Below are positions 39,375-55,795 of a DNA stretch of 64,000 nucleotides, piece after piece. The notes beneath the pieces are model-generated. The model worked only from the letters and a program-made list of their open reading frames with translations, was not told the origin of the DNA and ran no database searches. The DNA lies in NCBI RefSeq assembly GCF_013315695.1, contig NZ_CP054353.1. The stretch is one strand, 5' to 3'. The position numbers and the translations under genes were made by a program. The first letter of the stretch is position 1; every line of letters starts with the position of its first letter. This stretch comes from Escherichia coli (GTDB taxonomy: Bacteria > Pseudomonadota > Gammaproteobacteria > Enterobacterales > Enterobacteriaceae).

Positions 39375-40037
39375 TTAATTCGGTGTATAACCCATTACCA
39401 CGCCGCTTAAGCCAGAAAGTTGCTTCAACTCACCCAGCGAACCTTTCAGCTTATCTTTCGAGGCATCCGGCCCAACCAGAATACGGGTAATTTTACCCTG
39501 CACTGGCGTGGATGGCGACGTATAAACCCGATAACCGGCACCGCGCAGCTTACCGACAATCTCATTCACTTTATCGGCATTTTTCAGCGCCCCCAGTTGT
39601 ACAACATAGGCTTTACCCGTTGGCGCTGCTTTTTCTTCCACGACCGGCTTCGGTTCTGGCTTCGGCGCAGGTGGTGCTTCAACCTTCGGTTTCGGCGGCT
39701 CCACCGGTTTCGGCTTCGGTGGGGCGACCGGTGCAGGTTCCGGTTCAAACTCGGTGTTATTGGCTGCAATAGTGGCCGGATCGAGCGACGGTGCTGCGGC
39801 ATCACCTGCCCGCACCTCTTCCGCTGCGCCTTCCGGCGGCTGCGTCGGCAACGCCTGAGTGGCGGCTGGCATCATATCAGGCTCATCGCGATCGCCCGCT
39901 TTCGGCACCAGCGGGATAGCCGCGAACTCATCCTGATAATGTTTTTTCTGCCCGTCCAGCAGCCCTGGAAGTACAATCACCCCCAGCGCCACCAGCACGA
40001 TCGTGCCCACTAACCGATTCTGAAACTTACTTGCCAC
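39375..40037 (-). CDS. dedD: Cell-division protein DedD (SPOR domain, Pro-rich linker)
   Basis: ORF 39375..40055; probable GTG start giving ~220 aa (VASKFQNRLVGTIVLVALGV...); Pro/Lys/Glu-rich linker then C-terminal SPOR-like domain. Confidence 0.88.
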   Translation of the reverse strand: MASKFQNRLVGTIVLVALGVIVLPGLLDGQKKHYQDEFAAIPLVPKAGDRDEPDMMPAATQALPTQPPEGAAEEVRAGDAAAPSLDPATIAANNTEFEPEPAPVAPPKPKPVEPPKPKVEAPPAPKPEPKPVVEEKAAPTGKAYVVQLGALKNADKVNEIVGKLRGAGYRVYTSPSTPVQGKITRILVGPDASKDKLKGSLGELKQLSGLSGVVMGYTPN

Positions 40038-41295
40038 CGCTTCTCCTCGCGTCAATCACTTCCATGACATGTGCGACCGTGTGGAACGAACCACACACCA
40101 GCACGGTATCTTCCGCTTTAGCGTCCGCCATTGCGGCATCCCATGCCTGCGCCACGCTATCAAATGATTTGCCGTTACCCAAATGCTCAAGCAGTTGTTC
40201 TGCCGTGGCACCGCGCGGCCCTTCCAGGGGCGCACAATACCAGTCATCAACCACGCTTTTCAACCAGGCCAGAGTTCCGGCAATATCTTTATCATGTAGC
40301 ATACCGATAACCGCCAGCACGCGCCCGTTTTTCGGTAGCGCTTTCATACGCCCGGTGAAATATTCCGCCGCATGTGGATTATGCGCGACATCAAAAATAA
40401 CGCGTGGCGACTCGCTCACAATCTGGAAACGTCCCGGCAAAATTGCGCTGGCAATCCCGTCGCGAATGGCATTTTCACTGACCTCCAGCCCGCTGGCACG
40501 CAGTGCCGCCAGCGCCGTTGCGGCATTCGGTTGCGGGACAAGCGGCAACGGCAGATTTTCCAGCGTGCCGTGAGCATCGCTAAACGTCCAGTCATGATCG
40601 GTGACGGAATAGTTCCACTCAACGCCCCGACGTTGTAGCAGTGCACCTTTTTCCTGCGCCACATCAGCAATGGTAGAAGGCATTTCCGGCTCACCGACAA
40701 TTGCCGGTTTTTCGCTGCGAAAAATACCTGCTTTCTCGCGACCAATACTTTCGCGATCTGGCCCCAGCCAGTCGGTATGATCCAGCGCAATACTGGTTAC
40801 TACCGCGACATCGGCATCGACAATATTGGTTGCGTCCAGACGACCGCCCAGCCCTACTTCCAGAATCACTACGTCAAGTTGTGCCTGCTTGAACAGCCAC
40901 AACGCCGACAGCGTACCGTACTCGAAATAGGTCAGGGAAATATCACCGCGTGCCGATTCAATCTCCGCAAAAGAAGCGGTGTGGGCCGATTCCGGCAATT
41001 CCTGGCCCTGCACGCGTACGCGCTCGGTATAACGCACCAGATGCGGCGAACTGTAGACGCCCACTTTGTACCCTGCCGCCATCAGAATCGACTCCAGCGT
41101 ACGGCAGGTGGTGCCTTTGCCATTCGTACCCGCAACGGTAAACACAAATGGCGCTGGTTTCAGAACGCCAAGACGCGCCGCGACCTGGCTCACGCGCTCA
41201 AGGCCGAGATCGATAGTTTTACTGTGCAGGTTTTCCAGATAAGAAAGCCACGAAGCCAGAGGCGACGCGGCTTGAGGAGTGCGTTTGATAATCAT
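40027..41295 (-). CDS. folC: Dihydrofolate synthase / folylpolyglutamate synthase
   Basis: 422-aa ORF with Mur-ligase-type P-loop VAGTNGKGTT. Confidence 0.95.
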   Translation of the reverse strand: MIIKRTPQAASPLASWLSYLENLHSKTIDLGLERVSQVAARLGVLKPAPFVFTVAGTNGKGTTCRTLESILMAAGYKVGVYSSPHLVRYTERVRVQGQELPESAHTASFAEIESARGDISLTYFEYGTLSALWLFKQAQLDVVILEVGLGGRLDATNIVDADVAVVTSIALDHTDWLGPDRESIGREKAGIFRSEKPAIVGEPEMPSTIADVAQEKGALLQRRGVEWNYSVTDHDWTFSDAHGTLENLPLPLVPQPNAATALAALRASGLEVSENAIRDGIASAILPGRFQIVSESPRVIFDVAHNPHAAEYFTGRMKALPKNGRVLAVIGMLHDKDIAGTLAWLKSVVDDWYCAPLEGPRGATAEQLLEHLGNGKSFDSVAQAWDAAMADAKAEDTVLVCGSFHTVAHVMEVIDARRSGGK

Positions 41296-41364
41296 GGTAT
41301 CCGCTGATTCGTTACGGTGAGAATAGCAAAAGGGCAGAGCCAGTGGCCCTGCCCTTATCAGTTA

Positions 41365-42279
41365 TCAGGCCTCAGGTTCCTGATCTGGTACCGGTGGCAC
41401 CACTACGCCTTCACGCGGCGCTTCAGGATTCGGCGCTGGCAGATTCATCAACTTCGCCAGAATACTCGCCAGTTTCAGGCGCATTTCCGGACGACGGACG
41501 ATCATGTCGATCGCGCCTTTCTCGATCAGGAATTCACTGCGCTGGAATCCTGGCGGCAGTTTTTCGCGAACGGTCTGTTCGATAACACGCGGACCGGCAA
41601 AGCCGATTAACGCTTTCGGTTCAGCGATGTTGAGATCGCCCAGCATGGCGAAACTTGCAGAAACACCACCCATGGTCGGGTCGGTCAGCACGGAGATGTA
41701 CGGCAAGCCGCGCTCCTGCATTTTTGCCAGCGCCGCAGAGGTTTTCGCCATCTGCATCAGCGACATCAGTGCTTCCTGCATACGTGCGCCACCAGAGGCG
41801 GAGAAGCAGATCAGTGGGCAGTTATCTTCCAGCGCCTGCTCAACGGCACGCACGAAACGTGCACCCACAACAGACCCCATTGAACCGCCCATAAAGGCGA
41901 ACTCGAATGCCGCAGCGACAACCGGCATTCCATACAGGGTGCCTTTCATCACCACCAGCGCATCTTTTTCGCCGGTTTCTTTCTGCGCAGATGCCAGACG
42001 GTCTTTATACTTCTTGGAGTCACGAAACTTCAGCACATCTTTCGGCTCAAGCTCGCTACCCAGCTCCACAAGGCTTCCTTCATCTAACAGGCTATGCAGG
42101 CGATTACGCGCTGTCATACGCATGTGATGGTCACACTTCGGACAGACCTCAAGATTACGTTCCAGCTCAGCGCGGTATAAAACCTGACCGCAGCTATCAC
42201 ACTTAGTCCACACCCCTTCAGGAATGCTCGCCTTGCGGGTGGGAGTAATGTTGCTTTTAATTCGTTCAATCCAGCTCAT
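41365..42279 (-). CDS. accD: Acetyl-CoA carboxylase carboxyltransferase beta subunit
   Basis: ORF 41365..42363; real start [16 protein letters not shown] (304 aa); Zn-finger CDSCGQ...CPKCDHH. Confidence 0.95.
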
Positions 42280-42434
42280 TAGGGACCTTTCTGTCTGAAC
42301 CTGGTTCGATGCCAGTTTTATCTTTGGGGACGCATAATGCCATTTTTGCCCCCAACAGACCATGAATGTTGCACATTAAAACATAACAGCCCGAAACTTT
42401 GGATAAAAAAGTGGTCGAACCGCGGAGTTACTTT

Positions 42435-43094
42435 TTATTTTGCGGCGCGTGCCGCAGCGCGTTTGTGGCGAATAAATTCGAAAACACCTGGCAATATTGA
42501 AACAAAAATAATGCCAACAATCATCAGTTTAAGGTTGCTCTGAATGAAGGGGAGCGTTCCGAAGAAATAACCCGCGTAGGTAAAAATCAGTACCCATAGC
42601 AACGCGCCGATGACGTTAAAAGCGGCGAAATGACGATACGACATGTGGCCCATTCCCGCAACGAACGGCGCGAACGTTCTGACGATCGGCACAAAACGGG
42701 CGAGAATAATCGTTTTGCCGCCATGTTTCTCATAAAACTGATGGGTCTTATCAAGATAACTGCGACGAAAGATTTTCGAATCCGGATTACTGAACAGTTT
42801 GTCACCAAATAACCGTCCAATGGTGTAGTTCACCGCGTCACCCACAATCGCGGCGATCAGCATCAGCACCACCATCATATGGACGTTGAGATCGTTGGTT
42901 TCCAGTGATGCCAACGCTCCGGCAACAAACAGCAATGAATCACCCGGTAAAAACGGCGTTACCACCAGACCGGTTTCACAGAACAAAATTAAGAACAAAA
43001 TGGCATAAACCCAGACGCCGTACTCCGCGACCAGCTCTGCCAGATGCACGTCAATGTGCAGGATAAAATCGATGAGGAAATAAATCAGGTCCAT
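42435..43094 (-). CDS. dedA: DedA-family inner membrane protein
   Basis: 219-aa membrane [25 protein letters not shown]... Confidence 0.93.
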   Translation of the reverse strand: MDLIYFLIDFILHIDVHLAELVAEYGVWVYAILFLILFCETGLVVTPFLPGDSLLFVAGALASLETNDLNVHMMVVLMLIAAIVGDAVNYTIGRLFGDKLFSNPDSKIFRRSYLDKTHQFYEKHGGKTIILARFVPIVRTFAPFVAGMGHMSYRHFAAFNVIGALLWVLIFTYAGYFFGTLPFIQSNLKLMIVGIIFVSILPGVFEFIRHKRAAARAAK

Positions 43095-43176
43095 ATTTGC
43101 CTATGCCTTGTACTCGTCATCTATCAGGCTGTAACTACGTTGGCTACAGCCTGAAATGTTCCGAGCATTATTCTCG

Positions 43177-43989
43177 TTAGTCCGCCAGAAATAGCGGGCC
43201 CATTGGCGGTTTTGGAAGATCATATCGGTCAGGGTAATCCACCGCGACCAGATATAGCCCTTCCGCTTTTGCCGTTGCTGCCGCCAGCGTTCTGTCCTTT
43301 GCCGCCAGCAACTCTGCTATCCAGCTCTCCGGCTGGTTGTGGGCACCGACTTCCATCAGGCTGCCGACAATATTCCTGACCATATGATGTACAAAGGCAT
43401 TCGCTTTGATATCTACCACCACATAAGGACCGTGACGCGTGACATTAATATGCATAACGTTGCGCCACGGGGTCCGGGACTGACACTGCACCGCACGGAA
43501 CGAGGTGAAATCATTCTCGCCCAGCAAACATTGCGCAGCCCGATGCATCCGTTCAGCGTCCAGCGGTTCGTAAAAATGGGTTACCCCTTTACTCAATACC
43601 GCCGGGCGCAGCCGATGATTGTAGATGATGTAGCGATAACGGCGAGCCGTGGCGCTAAATCGGGCATGAAAATCATCAGGTACAGCTTTAACCCAACGCA
43701 CGGCGATGTCACCAGGTAAATTCGCATTTACGCCCAACGTCCACGCAGCGTCTTTGCGCTGCGCGGTCGTTTCGAAATGCACAACCTGCCCGGTGCCGTG
43801 TACACCTGCGTCAGTACGCCCGGCGCAGAAGACGGTGATCGGTTCGTTCGCCACCTGGGAGAGCGCCTTTTCCAGCTTCTCCTGCACACTGCGGACTTCG
43901 TTCTGCCGTTGCCAGCCGTAATACTTACTGCCGTCGTACTCAATGCCCAGCGCAATTTTATAAACTGGCGGTTGTTGCTGGTCGGACAT
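43177..43989 (-). CDS. truA: tRNA pseudouridine(38-40) synthase
   Basis: 270-aa ORF with catalytic motif [11 protein letters not shown]. Confidence 0.95.
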   Translation of the reverse strand: MSDQQQPPVYKIALGIEYDGSKYYGWQRQNEVRSVQEKLEKALSQVANEPITVFCAGRTDAGVHGTGQVVHFETTAQRKDAAWTLGVNANLPGDIAVRWVKAVPDDFHARFSATARRYRYIIYNHRLRPAVLSKGVTHFYEPLDAERMHRAAQCLLGENDFTSFRAVQCQSRTPWRNVMHINVTRHGPYVVVDIKANAFVHHMVRNIVGSLMEVGAHNQPESWIAELLAAKDRTLAAATAKAEGLYLVAVDYPDRYDLPKPPMGPLFLAD

Positions 43990-45002
43990 TAGTACAGATA
44001 CTCCTGCACCAGTTTCTCGGCGATTTTTACTGCCATCAGCGCGCCGCCAAAGCGAACGTTATCGGCCACCGACCAGAACTGGACTTGCTCCGGCATACCG
44101 TAGTCATTACGTACGCAGCCAACGGAAAGATGCGGCGTACCAGAAGCATCCCCCACCTGAGTCGGGAATTCGTTCTCTTCAGAGAGCACAATATCTTCGC
44201 CCTGAGCAAACGCATCACGCGCTTCTTCTGCCGCCAGCGGACGCAGTGCTTCAAAGTTGACCATCTGGGCATGACCATAGAATACCGGTGCCTGGACGAC
44301 GCTTGCCGAAATCATCAGCCCTTCGTCCTGCAGGATTTTGCGTACTTCGTCAACGATACGACGTTCTTCACGCACGCTACCTTCGCTATCCGGCAGTAAC
44401 GGCAGCATATTGAATGCCAGCTGACGCCCGAAGAAATCTTCTTCGTCAATCGGAATGCCATTGAGTAATTTCGCACTCTGCCCCGCTAACGCATCGACCG
44501 CTTTTTTGCCCTGGGCGGAGGCTGAAATCAGGCTGGTAACGCTGATACGCGACAAACCGCCCTGATCGATTAACGGTTTCAGTGCCGCCAGCAGTTGGCT
44601 GGTCAGACTGTCCGGTACGGCGATGACATTTCGGTTGCGGTAATCGGTCAGTACAAACGGGTTTACTTCCGGCACCACCAGCGGTACGTCAGGTTCGAGA
44701 GCAAACAATCCGCTGCTGTCGATCACCAGACAACCTGAGTTGGTCGCTTCTTCAACCCAGGCAGCGGTAGCTTCTTTGCCTGCGACAAAAAACGCCAGCT
44801 GCGCCTGCGTCCAGTCGAATTCAGCAGCATCCTGCACGGTGATTGTCTTACCACCAAAGCGCAGTTGTTCGCCTGCGCTTTCGTTACGTGCCAGTGCATA
44901 AATTTCCCCAACCGGGAACTGACGTTCAGCCAGCGTTTCAAGCAGGGCTTCGCCCACAGCGCCAGTTGCGCCCAGGACGGCAATGTTCCAGCCTTCAGAC
45001 AT
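43989..45002 (-). CDS. usg: Usg-1 (aspartate-semialdehyde dehydrogenase homologue)
   Basis: 337-aa [23 protein letters not shown]... (Rossmann); 1-nt overlap with truA start. Confidence 0.93.
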   Translation of the reverse strand: MSEGWNIAVLGATGAVGEALLETLAERQFPVGEIYALARNESAGEQLRFGGKTITVQDAAEFDWTQAQLAFFVAGKEATAAWVEEATNSGCLVIDSSGLFALEPDVPLVVPEVNPFVLTDYRNRNVIAVPDSLTSQLLAALKPLIDQGGLSRISVTSLISASAQGKKAVDALAGQSAKLLNGIPIDEEDFFGRQLAFNMLPLLPDSEGSVREERRIVDEVRKILQDEGLMISASVVQAPVFYGHAQMVNFEALRPLAAEEARDAFAQGEDIVLSEENEFPTQVGDASGTPHLSVGCVRNDYGMPEQVQFWSVADNVRFGGALMAVKIAEKLVQEYLY

Positions 45003-45067
45003 GGTGGTTTACTCCAGAAATAGCAAAGCTCCCTGCCAATATTACAGCAGAGAGCATGAAGAAGAGA

Positions 45068-46204
45068 TTAACGTGCCGGATGATGAACGGCGTTAAAACC
45101 CAGTTTACACAGCAATGATGCCGCGCTGGCGTCATCACAAATCACATACAGAGATGACCATTCACGGCGCTCAAGATAGTTTTTGCGCAGTTTATCGAAC
45201 TCACCCGGTATCCCGGCGACTTTACGCAGCGGTGCGTCATCGCGGCGCACATCATACACCAAATGCACCAGCCTTTTCAGCGTTGGCTGATCGAGCGGGC
45301 CATGCAGCGTAATGCGACCAAACTCTGGCGCGGGCAGTAATGTATCCAGCGCAACGTGCTGTTCATGCCCAATAAACTTGCTATAAGCTTCAAACACTTG
45401 CGTAGTACCGCGTGCTTTACCTTCCAGGGTATAGCCTGCGATATGCGGCGTGCCGATATCCACTTTTTTCAGCAATTCCACGTTAAGTTCCGGTTCGCCT
45501 TCCCAGACATCCAGCACTACGCTTAACTTCTGGCCTTCGTTCAGGCTGGTCAGCAGGGCGGTATTATCGACAACTGCGCCACGGCAGGCGTTAATCAGAA
45601 TCGCTCCTGGTTTCAGGCTGCGGATCAGTTTTTCATCCGCCAGATGCAGCGTTTTGTACGGACCATCTTTAAAGAGTGGCGTATGGAAAGTCAGAATATC
45701 CGCATGCTGAACTAATTCATCCAGCGAGCGGAAATCCCCCTCATCCCCACGGTCGGCGCGGGGCGGATCGCAAAGTAAGGTTTTGATCCCTAACGCTTCC
45801 AGTCGCGCCTGTAAACGACGACCAACGTTACCAACGCCCACGATCCCCACGGTACGCTCGTACAGTGAAAATCCATCGCGTTCGGCAAGCATCAGCAGTG
45901 AGGAGAAAACATATTCCACCACCGCAATCGCATTACAGCCAGGTGCCGCGGAAAAACCAATTCCCGCCTGCTTTAACCACGCTTCATCGACATGGTCGGT
46001 CCCCGCGGTGGCAGTGCCAACAAATTTAATGGGTTTTCCTGCCAGCAAAGATTCATTCACTTTCGTGACCGAACGCACCATAAGCGCATCCGCGTCGGCC
46101 AGTTGAGCGACGGGAATTGGACGCCCGGGAACCGCGGTCACCTCACCCAAACGGCTAAATAAGTCGCGGGCATAAGGCATATTTTCATCAACAAGGATTT
46201 TCAC
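45068..46204 (-). CDS. pdxB: Erythronate-4-phosphate dehydrogenase
   Basis: 378-aa [25 protein letters not shown]...; D-2-hydroxyacid dehydrogenase motif [12 protein letters not shown]. Confidence 0.95.
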   Translation of the reverse strand: MKILVDENMPYARDLFSRLGEVTAVPGRPIPVAQLADADALMVRSVTKVNESLLAGKPIKFVGTATAGTDHVDEAWLKQAGIGFSAAPGCNAIAVVEYVFSSLLMLAERDGFSLYERTVGIVGVGNVGRRLQARLEALGIKTLLCDPPRADRGDEGDFRSLDELVQHADILTFHTPLFKDGPYKTLHLADEKLIRSLKPGAILINACRGAVVDNTALLTSLNEGQKLSVVLDVWEGEPELNVELLKKVDIGTPHIAGYTLEGKARGTTQVFEAYSKFIGHEQHVALDTLLPAPEFGRITLHGPLDQPTLKRLVHLVYDVRRDDAPLRKVAGIPGEFDKLRKNYLERREWSSLYVICDDASAASLLCKLGFNAVHHPAR

Positions 46205-46302
46205 GTTTGTGTTACCTGTATGAGACGAGAGTTAACCGGACAAGTGTGCCATAATCTCGCGGCCAGGCATACTTGCGAAGATTTCAGGTATAAGGATACG
46301 TA

Positions 46303-48476
<2,174 letters not shown>

Positions 48477-48635
48477 TTACTCCAGAATGCAGCGCAAGGC
48501 GAGGAGTATCCCCGTCTCATCTCTCTGGTTTCAGGGTTACGGTGCGTTGGCAGGATTTAACGCGTACGTCTTTTCTGAAGGAAATCGACAAAGCGGGAAG
48601 TTTGCCTGGAACTGGCGGCGATTGTCAATGATGTG

Positions 48636-48662
48636 AAAAAGGGAACCATCGGGTTCCCTTTT
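48636..48662. terminator. Bidirectional hairpin terminator downstream of fabB
   Basis: AAAAA-GGGAACC-atcg-GGTTCCC-TTTT. Confidence 0.75.
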
Positions 48663-48669
48663 GCGTTAG

Positions 48670-48735
48670 TGCCGGAGGCCGCATTGGCGCGCAACGTCGG
48701 ATGCGGCGCTGGCGCGTCTTATCCGACCTACTCCG
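48670..48735. repeat. REP element(s) downstream of fabB
   Basis: GCCGGAGGCCGCATTGGCGCGCAACGTCGGATGCGGCGCTGGCGCGTCTTATCCGACCTAC, REP-type palindromic units. Confidence 0.8.
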
Positions 48736-48737
48736 AA

Positions 48738-49958
48738 TTAATCTTTCAGCTTGCGCATTACCAGCGTGGCGTTAGTGCCGCCGAAGCCGAAGCTGTTAGA
48801 CATAACGGTGGTCAGTTCGCGATCGGTCGTTTCGGTCACGATGTTCAGACCCGCAGCCTGCTCGTCCAGCTCTTCAATGTTGATGCTCGGGGCGATAAAA
48901 CCGTGTTCCAGCATCAGCAGAGAGTAGATAGCTTCCTGTACGCCAGCAGCGCCCAGTGAGTGACCGGTCATTGCTTTGGTTGCAGAAATCGCCGGGCTCT
49001 TATCGCCGAACACTTCACGGATAGCTGCCAGTTCTTTCACGTCGCCAACCGGAGTCGAAGTACCATGAGAGTTCAGGTAGTCGATTGGGGTATCAACACC
49101 GTGCATCGCCATCTTCATGCAGCGCACTGCACCTTCGCCAGACGGAGCAACCATGTCTGCGCCATCAGAGGTTGCGCCGTAGCCAACGATTTCAGCATAG
49201 ATGTGAGCACCACGCGCCAGCGCGTGTTCCAGCTCTTCAACCACTACCATACCGCCACCGCCAGCGATAACGAAACCGTCACGGTGAGCGTCGTAAGTAC
49301 GGGAGGCTTTTTCCGGGGTGTCGTTGTATTTAGTAGACAGCGCACCCATCGCGTCGAATTCGCAAGCCATTTCCCAGCACAGCTCTTCGCCGCCGCCAGC
49401 AAACACGATGTCCTGTTTGCCCAGTTGGATCTGCTCTACTGCGTTACCGATACAGTGTGCGGAAGTCGCACACGCGGAGCTGATGGAGTAGTTAACGCCG
49501 TGAATTTTAAACGGCGTGGCGAGGCAGGCAGAAACGCCGGATGCCATCGCTTTGGTGACCACATACGGGCCAACCGCTTTCAGGCCGCGCGGGCCGCGCA
49601 TTGCGTCAGCGCCGAAAACCTGGAAACGCGGGGAGCCGCCGCCGGAACCTGCAATCAGGCCAACGCGCGGGTTATTCTGGTAAGCTTCCGGGGAGAGGCC
49701 AGCATCTGCAATTGCCTGCTCCATAGAAAGGAATGCATAAATGGATGCGTCGCTCATAAAGCGCACAACTTTGCGGTCAATGAGGCCAGTGGTATCCAGT
49801 TTTACGTTGCCCCAGACGTGGCTACGCATGCCGGAATCCTTCAGCTCCTGAGAGAAAGTGATCCCTGAACGTCCTTCACGCAGAGATGCCAGGACTTCCT
49901 GCTGGTTATTACCGATGCTGGAAACAATGCCCAGGCCAGTAATCACTGCACGTTTCAT
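48738..49958 (-). CDS. fabB: 3-oxoacyl-ACP synthase I (KAS I)
   Basis: 406-aa [25 protein letters not shown]... with active-site Cys in [12 protein letters not shown]. Confidence 0.97.
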
Positions 49959-50050
49959 TCAATACCTCTGTAAGTCGCACATAGAGTAAGTTTCGCATGC
50001 ACAATAGCGTACACTTGTACGCCGAACAAGTCCGATCAGCCAATTAATAG

Positions 50051-52123
<2,073 letters not shown>

Positions 52124-52129
52124 TCTGCT

Positions 52130-52175
52130 CTGGCATTGCTTGCCGGATATGGCGTGAACGCCGCATCCGGCACAT
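52130..52175. repeat. REP element between mnmC and yfcL
   Basis: GCCGGATATGGCGTGAACGCCGCATCCGGCA palindromic unit. Confidence 0.75.
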
Positions 52176-52178
52176 TAC

Positions 52179-52457
52179 TTACTGCTGTGACGCCTGCTGA
52201 AACAGGTGTTCCCACATATCGGTCACCAGCGCCTGGTCACGCGGCGACAATTCACCGGCACCAATGGCTTTTTCCAGACTCTGGCTAACGGTTGTATGTA
52301 CCGCCTGAGCGGAGTGGTCGTCACCACTTTCCAGTTCTGCGATGGCTAATGTCAGGTGGCCACGCAAATACCCACTGGCAAACAACTCATCATCACTGGC
52401 ATGGTCAACCATACCGTCGATTAATGCCAGAATGCGTGATTCAAACTCCGCGATCAT
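52179..52457 (-). CDS. yfcL: Uncharacterised protein YfcL
   Basis: 92-aa [38 protein letters not shown]...; conserved position. Confidence 0.85.
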   Translation of the reverse strand: MIAEFESRILALIDGMVDHASDDELFASGYLRGHLTLAIAELESGDDHSAQAVHTTVSQSLEKAIGAGELSPRDQALVTDMWEHLFQQASQQ

Positions 52458-52490
52458 CTTCTTTCCTCATTGTAAAACGTGGCGCTGGCT

Positions 52491-53039
52491 TCAGTTGAGC
52501 GCTTCCGGCCACGGGAACTGTTCCGCCGTAAGTTCCGGCGTGTGATAATAATTTTGTAGTGCTTTAATGAAGCGTGCCGGACGTTCGGGAATGCCGTTTG
52601 CCAGATAATCCATCACCTGCGCATGTACCCGCCGTTGAAACACCACACGATCCGGTTCGAAATCCCCTTCCAGATTGTCGCAACTGACATTAAACGGATA
52701 TCCCGCCGCCACACAGAACAACCAGTCCAGCGCCTGCGGCTTCACTTCAACATCTTCAAACTGGCTTTGCGTTTGGGCATCGCGTCCGTCGGGACAATAC
52801 CAGTAGCCGAAATCAACCAGCTCACGGCGCGCTTTCCCGGCAATACACCAGTGCGAAATCTCATGAATTGCGCTGGCATAAAAGCCATGAGCAAAGACGA
52901 TTCGGTTATACGGTACTTCCGCATCAGCAGGAAGATAGATCGGTTCGTCGTCGCCTTTAATCAGACGGGAATTAAAATCATCGGCAAAGCAGCTATTAAA
53001 AATTTCAATCAACTGCTCATAGTGGTGTGTACTGTTCAT
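52491..53039 (-). CDS. epmC: EF-P beta-lysyl-lysine hydroxylase EpmC (YfcM)
   Basis: 182-aa ORF MNSTHHYEQLIEIFNSCFADDFNSRLIKGDDEPIYLPAD... Confidence 0.9.
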   Translation of the reverse strand: MNSTHHYEQLIEIFNSCFADDFNSRLIKGDDEPIYLPADAEVPYNRIVFAHGFYASAIHEISHWCIAGKARRELVDFGYWYCPDGRDAQTQSQFEDVEVKPQALDWLFCVAAGYPFNVSCDNLEGDFEPDRVVFQRRVHAQVMDYLANGIPERPARFIKALQNYYHTPELTAEQFPWPEALN

Positions 53040-53848
53040 TAGTTCATCCCCAACCAGTGGAGGATCTCCTGTCCATGGCTATCGTAAAGTAATTTGGCAC
53101 TCATCACCGCCGAGACGATAACGATCATCGGGCGGATCAGCTTTTGTCCTTTGCTCAACACCAGTCTTGAACCCATGCGCGCGCCGAGGAACTGCCCCAC
53201 CAGCATCACAAAGCCCGTCGCCCAAATCACTTTGCCGCCGAGAATAAACAGCAGCAAACCACCGATGTTTGACGTTGCGTTGAGTAATTTGGCGTGGGCC
53301 GTGGCTTTGGCGAGGTTGAATCCGCACAGCGTAACGAAGGCCAGCGCGTAAAACGACCCAGCAGCCGGGCCAAAGAAGCCGTCATAAAAACCGACGCAGC
53401 CACCGGCAATTAACGCGAAGGGTAAACCGTACATCCGACGCTGGCGATCTTCTTCACCCAGCTTTGGCATCAGCAAGAAATAGAGGCCGATACAAATCAC
53501 CAGGATCGGTAAAATCTGCCGTAAGACATCAGCCTGAACATACTGTACCAGCAATGCGCCGCTCATTGAGCCGACAAAGGTCATGGCGATATTGAGTTTC
53601 TGATCGCTTAAGCTAACCACTTTGCGCCGAATAAAGTAGATAGTGGCGGAAATAGAGCCGCCGCAGGCTTGCAGTTTATTAGTTGCCAGCGCGTTAGCCG
53701 GAGACATCCCCGCCGCCATCAATGCCGGAATGGTGAGTAACCCACCGCCACCGGCAATCGAGTCGATAAATCCCGCCAGCATGGCGACAAAAAAGAGAAC
53801 TCCCAGCAACAGCGGGGAAACCATAAACAGGCTATTAAACGTTTCCAT
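53039..53848 (-). CDS. yfcA: TauE/SafE-family membrane transporter YfcA
   Basis: 269-aa polytopic membrane ORF; 1-nt overlap with epmC start. Confidence 0.9.
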   Translation of the reverse strand: METFNSLFMVSPLLLGVLFFVAMLAGFIDSIAGGGGLLTIPALMAAGMSPANALATNKLQACGGSISATIYFIRRKVVSLSDQKLNIAMTFVGSMSGALLVQYVQADVLRQILPILVICIGLYFLLMPKLGEEDRQRRMYGLPFALIAGGCVGFYDGFFGPAAGSFYALAFVTLCGFNLAKATAHAKLLNATSNIGGLLLFILGGKVIWATGFVMLVGQFLGARMGSRLVLSKGQKLIRPMIVIVSAVMSAKLLYDSHGQEILHWLGMN

Positions 53849-54672
53849 TAGATCACGTGCTCATCCAGTAGCGCCTGGCAGGAAGGCGGCAACGGAGGCG
53901 GTGTCTTCTTCTCAGGCTTTGTTGTTCCCGGTTTTGGTGGTTCAAACCAGCTTTGCAGTTCTGCCCCGCAACCATCGCCTGGTGGTGGTAAAGGTTGATC
54001 TTCACACTCCAGACTATCGGCAGGACAACGTAATCGTACATGCATATGCGCGCGATGCTGGAACCAGGGTCGCACTTTACGTAACCAGTCGCGATCGGTG
54101 CCCGCATCAAGGCAAAGTTGTTGTTTAATCGCCGGATTAACAAAAATGCGCGTGACGTCTTTGTCCTGGGCGGCGAGTTTGATCAAGCTGAAAATTTCTG
54201 GCTTCCACAGCGCGGGGACAACGTGTTTACCGTCGCGGGATACTAAGTCCAGTGCTTGCGGGCGCAAGAGCTGCGCGGAGGTCCAGCGTGTTTTTGGCAG
54301 TTGCAGGAAGATATCGACATCCAGTCCGGTCTGGTGGCTGGCGTGACCGCCGTTGAAACGACCACCAGCAGGCATCCCCATATCGCCAATCAGCACCGTA
54401 CCCATGCCCAGATTGCTCACCTGGCGACTCAGACGCTGGATAAACATCACCAGATCCGGATGTCCGAAATAGCGACGCTGATCGGTACGCATGACCTGAT
54501 AATGCTCGGACTGTATCGGCAGCGTGTCAGCGCCGACGATACAACCATTGGAAAAGCTGCCTATCGATTGTGCGCTACCCGGCACAGGTTGGGTTATTTT
54601 TTGCCACGGCGTCGCTGCCAGGCTGGCGCTACTGGCAAGCAGGGCCAGCAGCGCAATCGCGGTTTTGTTCAT
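53848..54672 (-). CDS. mepA: Penicillin-insensitive murein DD-endopeptidase MepA
   Basis: 274-aa ORF with signal peptide [22 protein letters not shown]-metallopeptidase His/Asp motifs. Confidence 0.93.
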   Translation of the reverse strand: MNKTAIALLALLASSASLAATPWQKITQPVPGSAQSIGSFSNGCIVGADTLPIQSEHYQVMRTDQRRYFGHPDLVMFIQRLSRQVSNLGMGTVLIGDMGMPAGGRFNGGHASHQTGLDVDIFLQLPKTRWTSAQLLRPQALDLVSRDGKHVVPALWKPEIFSLIKLAAQDKDVTRIFVNPAIKQQLCLDAGTDRDWLRKVRPWFQHRAHMHVRLRCPADSLECEDQPLPPPGDGCGAELQSWFEPPKPGTTKPEKKTPPPLPPSCQALLDEHVI

Positions 54673-54675
54673 TTT

Positions 54676-55761
54676 TTACCAGCGTGGAATATCAGTCTTC
54701 ACATCGGCATTTTGCGCCCGTTGCCGTAACAGGTGATCCATTAAAACGATCGCCAGCATCGCTTCCGCGATCGGCACCGCGCGGATCCCAACACAAGGAT
54801 CGTGACGACCTTTGGTGATCATCTCAACTTCTTCGCCAAAGCGGTTAATGGTGCGCCCCGGCACGGTAATACTGGAGGTTGGCTTCAGCGCCATATGGGC
54901 AATGATTTGCTGCCCGCTGCTGATACCGCCAAGAATGCCGCCCGCATGGTTGCTCTGGAATCCGTCTTTGGTGATTTCGTCGCGGTTCTGGCTGCCACGC
55001 AGCGCTACCACGTCAAAACCATCACCAATTTCTACGCCTTTCACCGCGTTGATGCTCATCAGCGCATGGGCGATGTCGGCATCCAGGCGATCAAAGACCG
55101 GCTCGCCAAGTCCGGCGGGTACGCCACTGGCAACAACGGTGACTTTCGCGCCAATGGAGTCGCCCTCTTTTTTCAGCGCGCGCATCAGTTCATCTAAGGC
55201 TTCGATTTTGTCCGGGTCCGGGCAGAAGAACGGATTGTGCTCGACCTGCGACCAGTCTTTGATTTCCAGCGGAATGTCACCCATCTGGGTCAGGCAGCCG
55301 CGGATTTCGATACCAAATTTCTCGGCGAGATATTTTTTGGCAATCGCCCCTGCCGCCACGCGCATAGCGGTTTCACGGGCGGAAGAACGTCCACCGCCGC
55401 GATAATCGCGCAGGCCGTATTTTTGTTCATAGGTGTAATCGGCATGACCTGGACGGAAAACGTCCTTAATCGCACTATAATCCTGAGAACGCTGGTCGGT
55501 ATTTTCGATCAACAATCCGATGCTGGTGCCGGTAGTAACGCCTTCAAAAACACCGGAGAGAATTTTGACCTGATCCGGCTCACGGCGCTGGGTGGTATAA
55601 CGTGATGTCCCAGGGCGACGACGGTCGAGGTCATGTTGCAGGTCCGCTTCCGTCAGCGGAATGCCTGGCGGAACACCATCGACGATGCAGCCGAGCGCCA
55701 GCCCGTGCGATTCGCCGAAGGTGGTTACGCGAAAGAGTTGTCCAATTGTGTTTCCAGCCAT
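54676..55761 (-). CDS. aroC: Chorismate synthase
   Basis: ~361-aa [23 protein letters not shown]... (signature chorismate synthase N-terminus). Confidence 0.97.
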   Translation of the reverse strand: MAGNTIGQLFRVTTFGESHGLALGCIVDGVPPGIPLTEADLQHDLDRRRPGTSRYTTQRREPDQVKILSGVFEGVTTGTSIGLLIENTDQRSQDYSAIKDVFRPGHADYTYEQKYGLRDYRGGGRSSARETAMRVAAGAIAKKYLAEKFGIEIRGCLTQMGDIPLEIKDWSQVEHNPFFCPDPDKIEALDELMRALKKEGDSIGAKVTVVASGVPAGLGEPVFDRLDADIAHALMSINAVKGVEIGDGFDVVALRGSQNRDEITKDGFQSNHAGGILGGISSGQQIIAHMALKPTSSITVPGRTINRFGEEVEMITKGRHDPCVGIRAVPIAEAMLAIVLMDHLLRQRAQNADVKTDIPRW

Positions 55762-55795
55762 CACGGCTCCGTTATTGTTGTGTTTGCGTGTTTAC

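Noticed and set aside
39420-40013. 197-aa plus-strand ORF and apparent repetitive Pro/Arg-rich translation opposite dedD
   Set aside because: This is the shadow of the Pro/Lys/Glu-rich linker of DedD on the opposite strand; the repetitiveness comes from the low-complexity codons of dedD, not from a separate gene or DNA repeat element.
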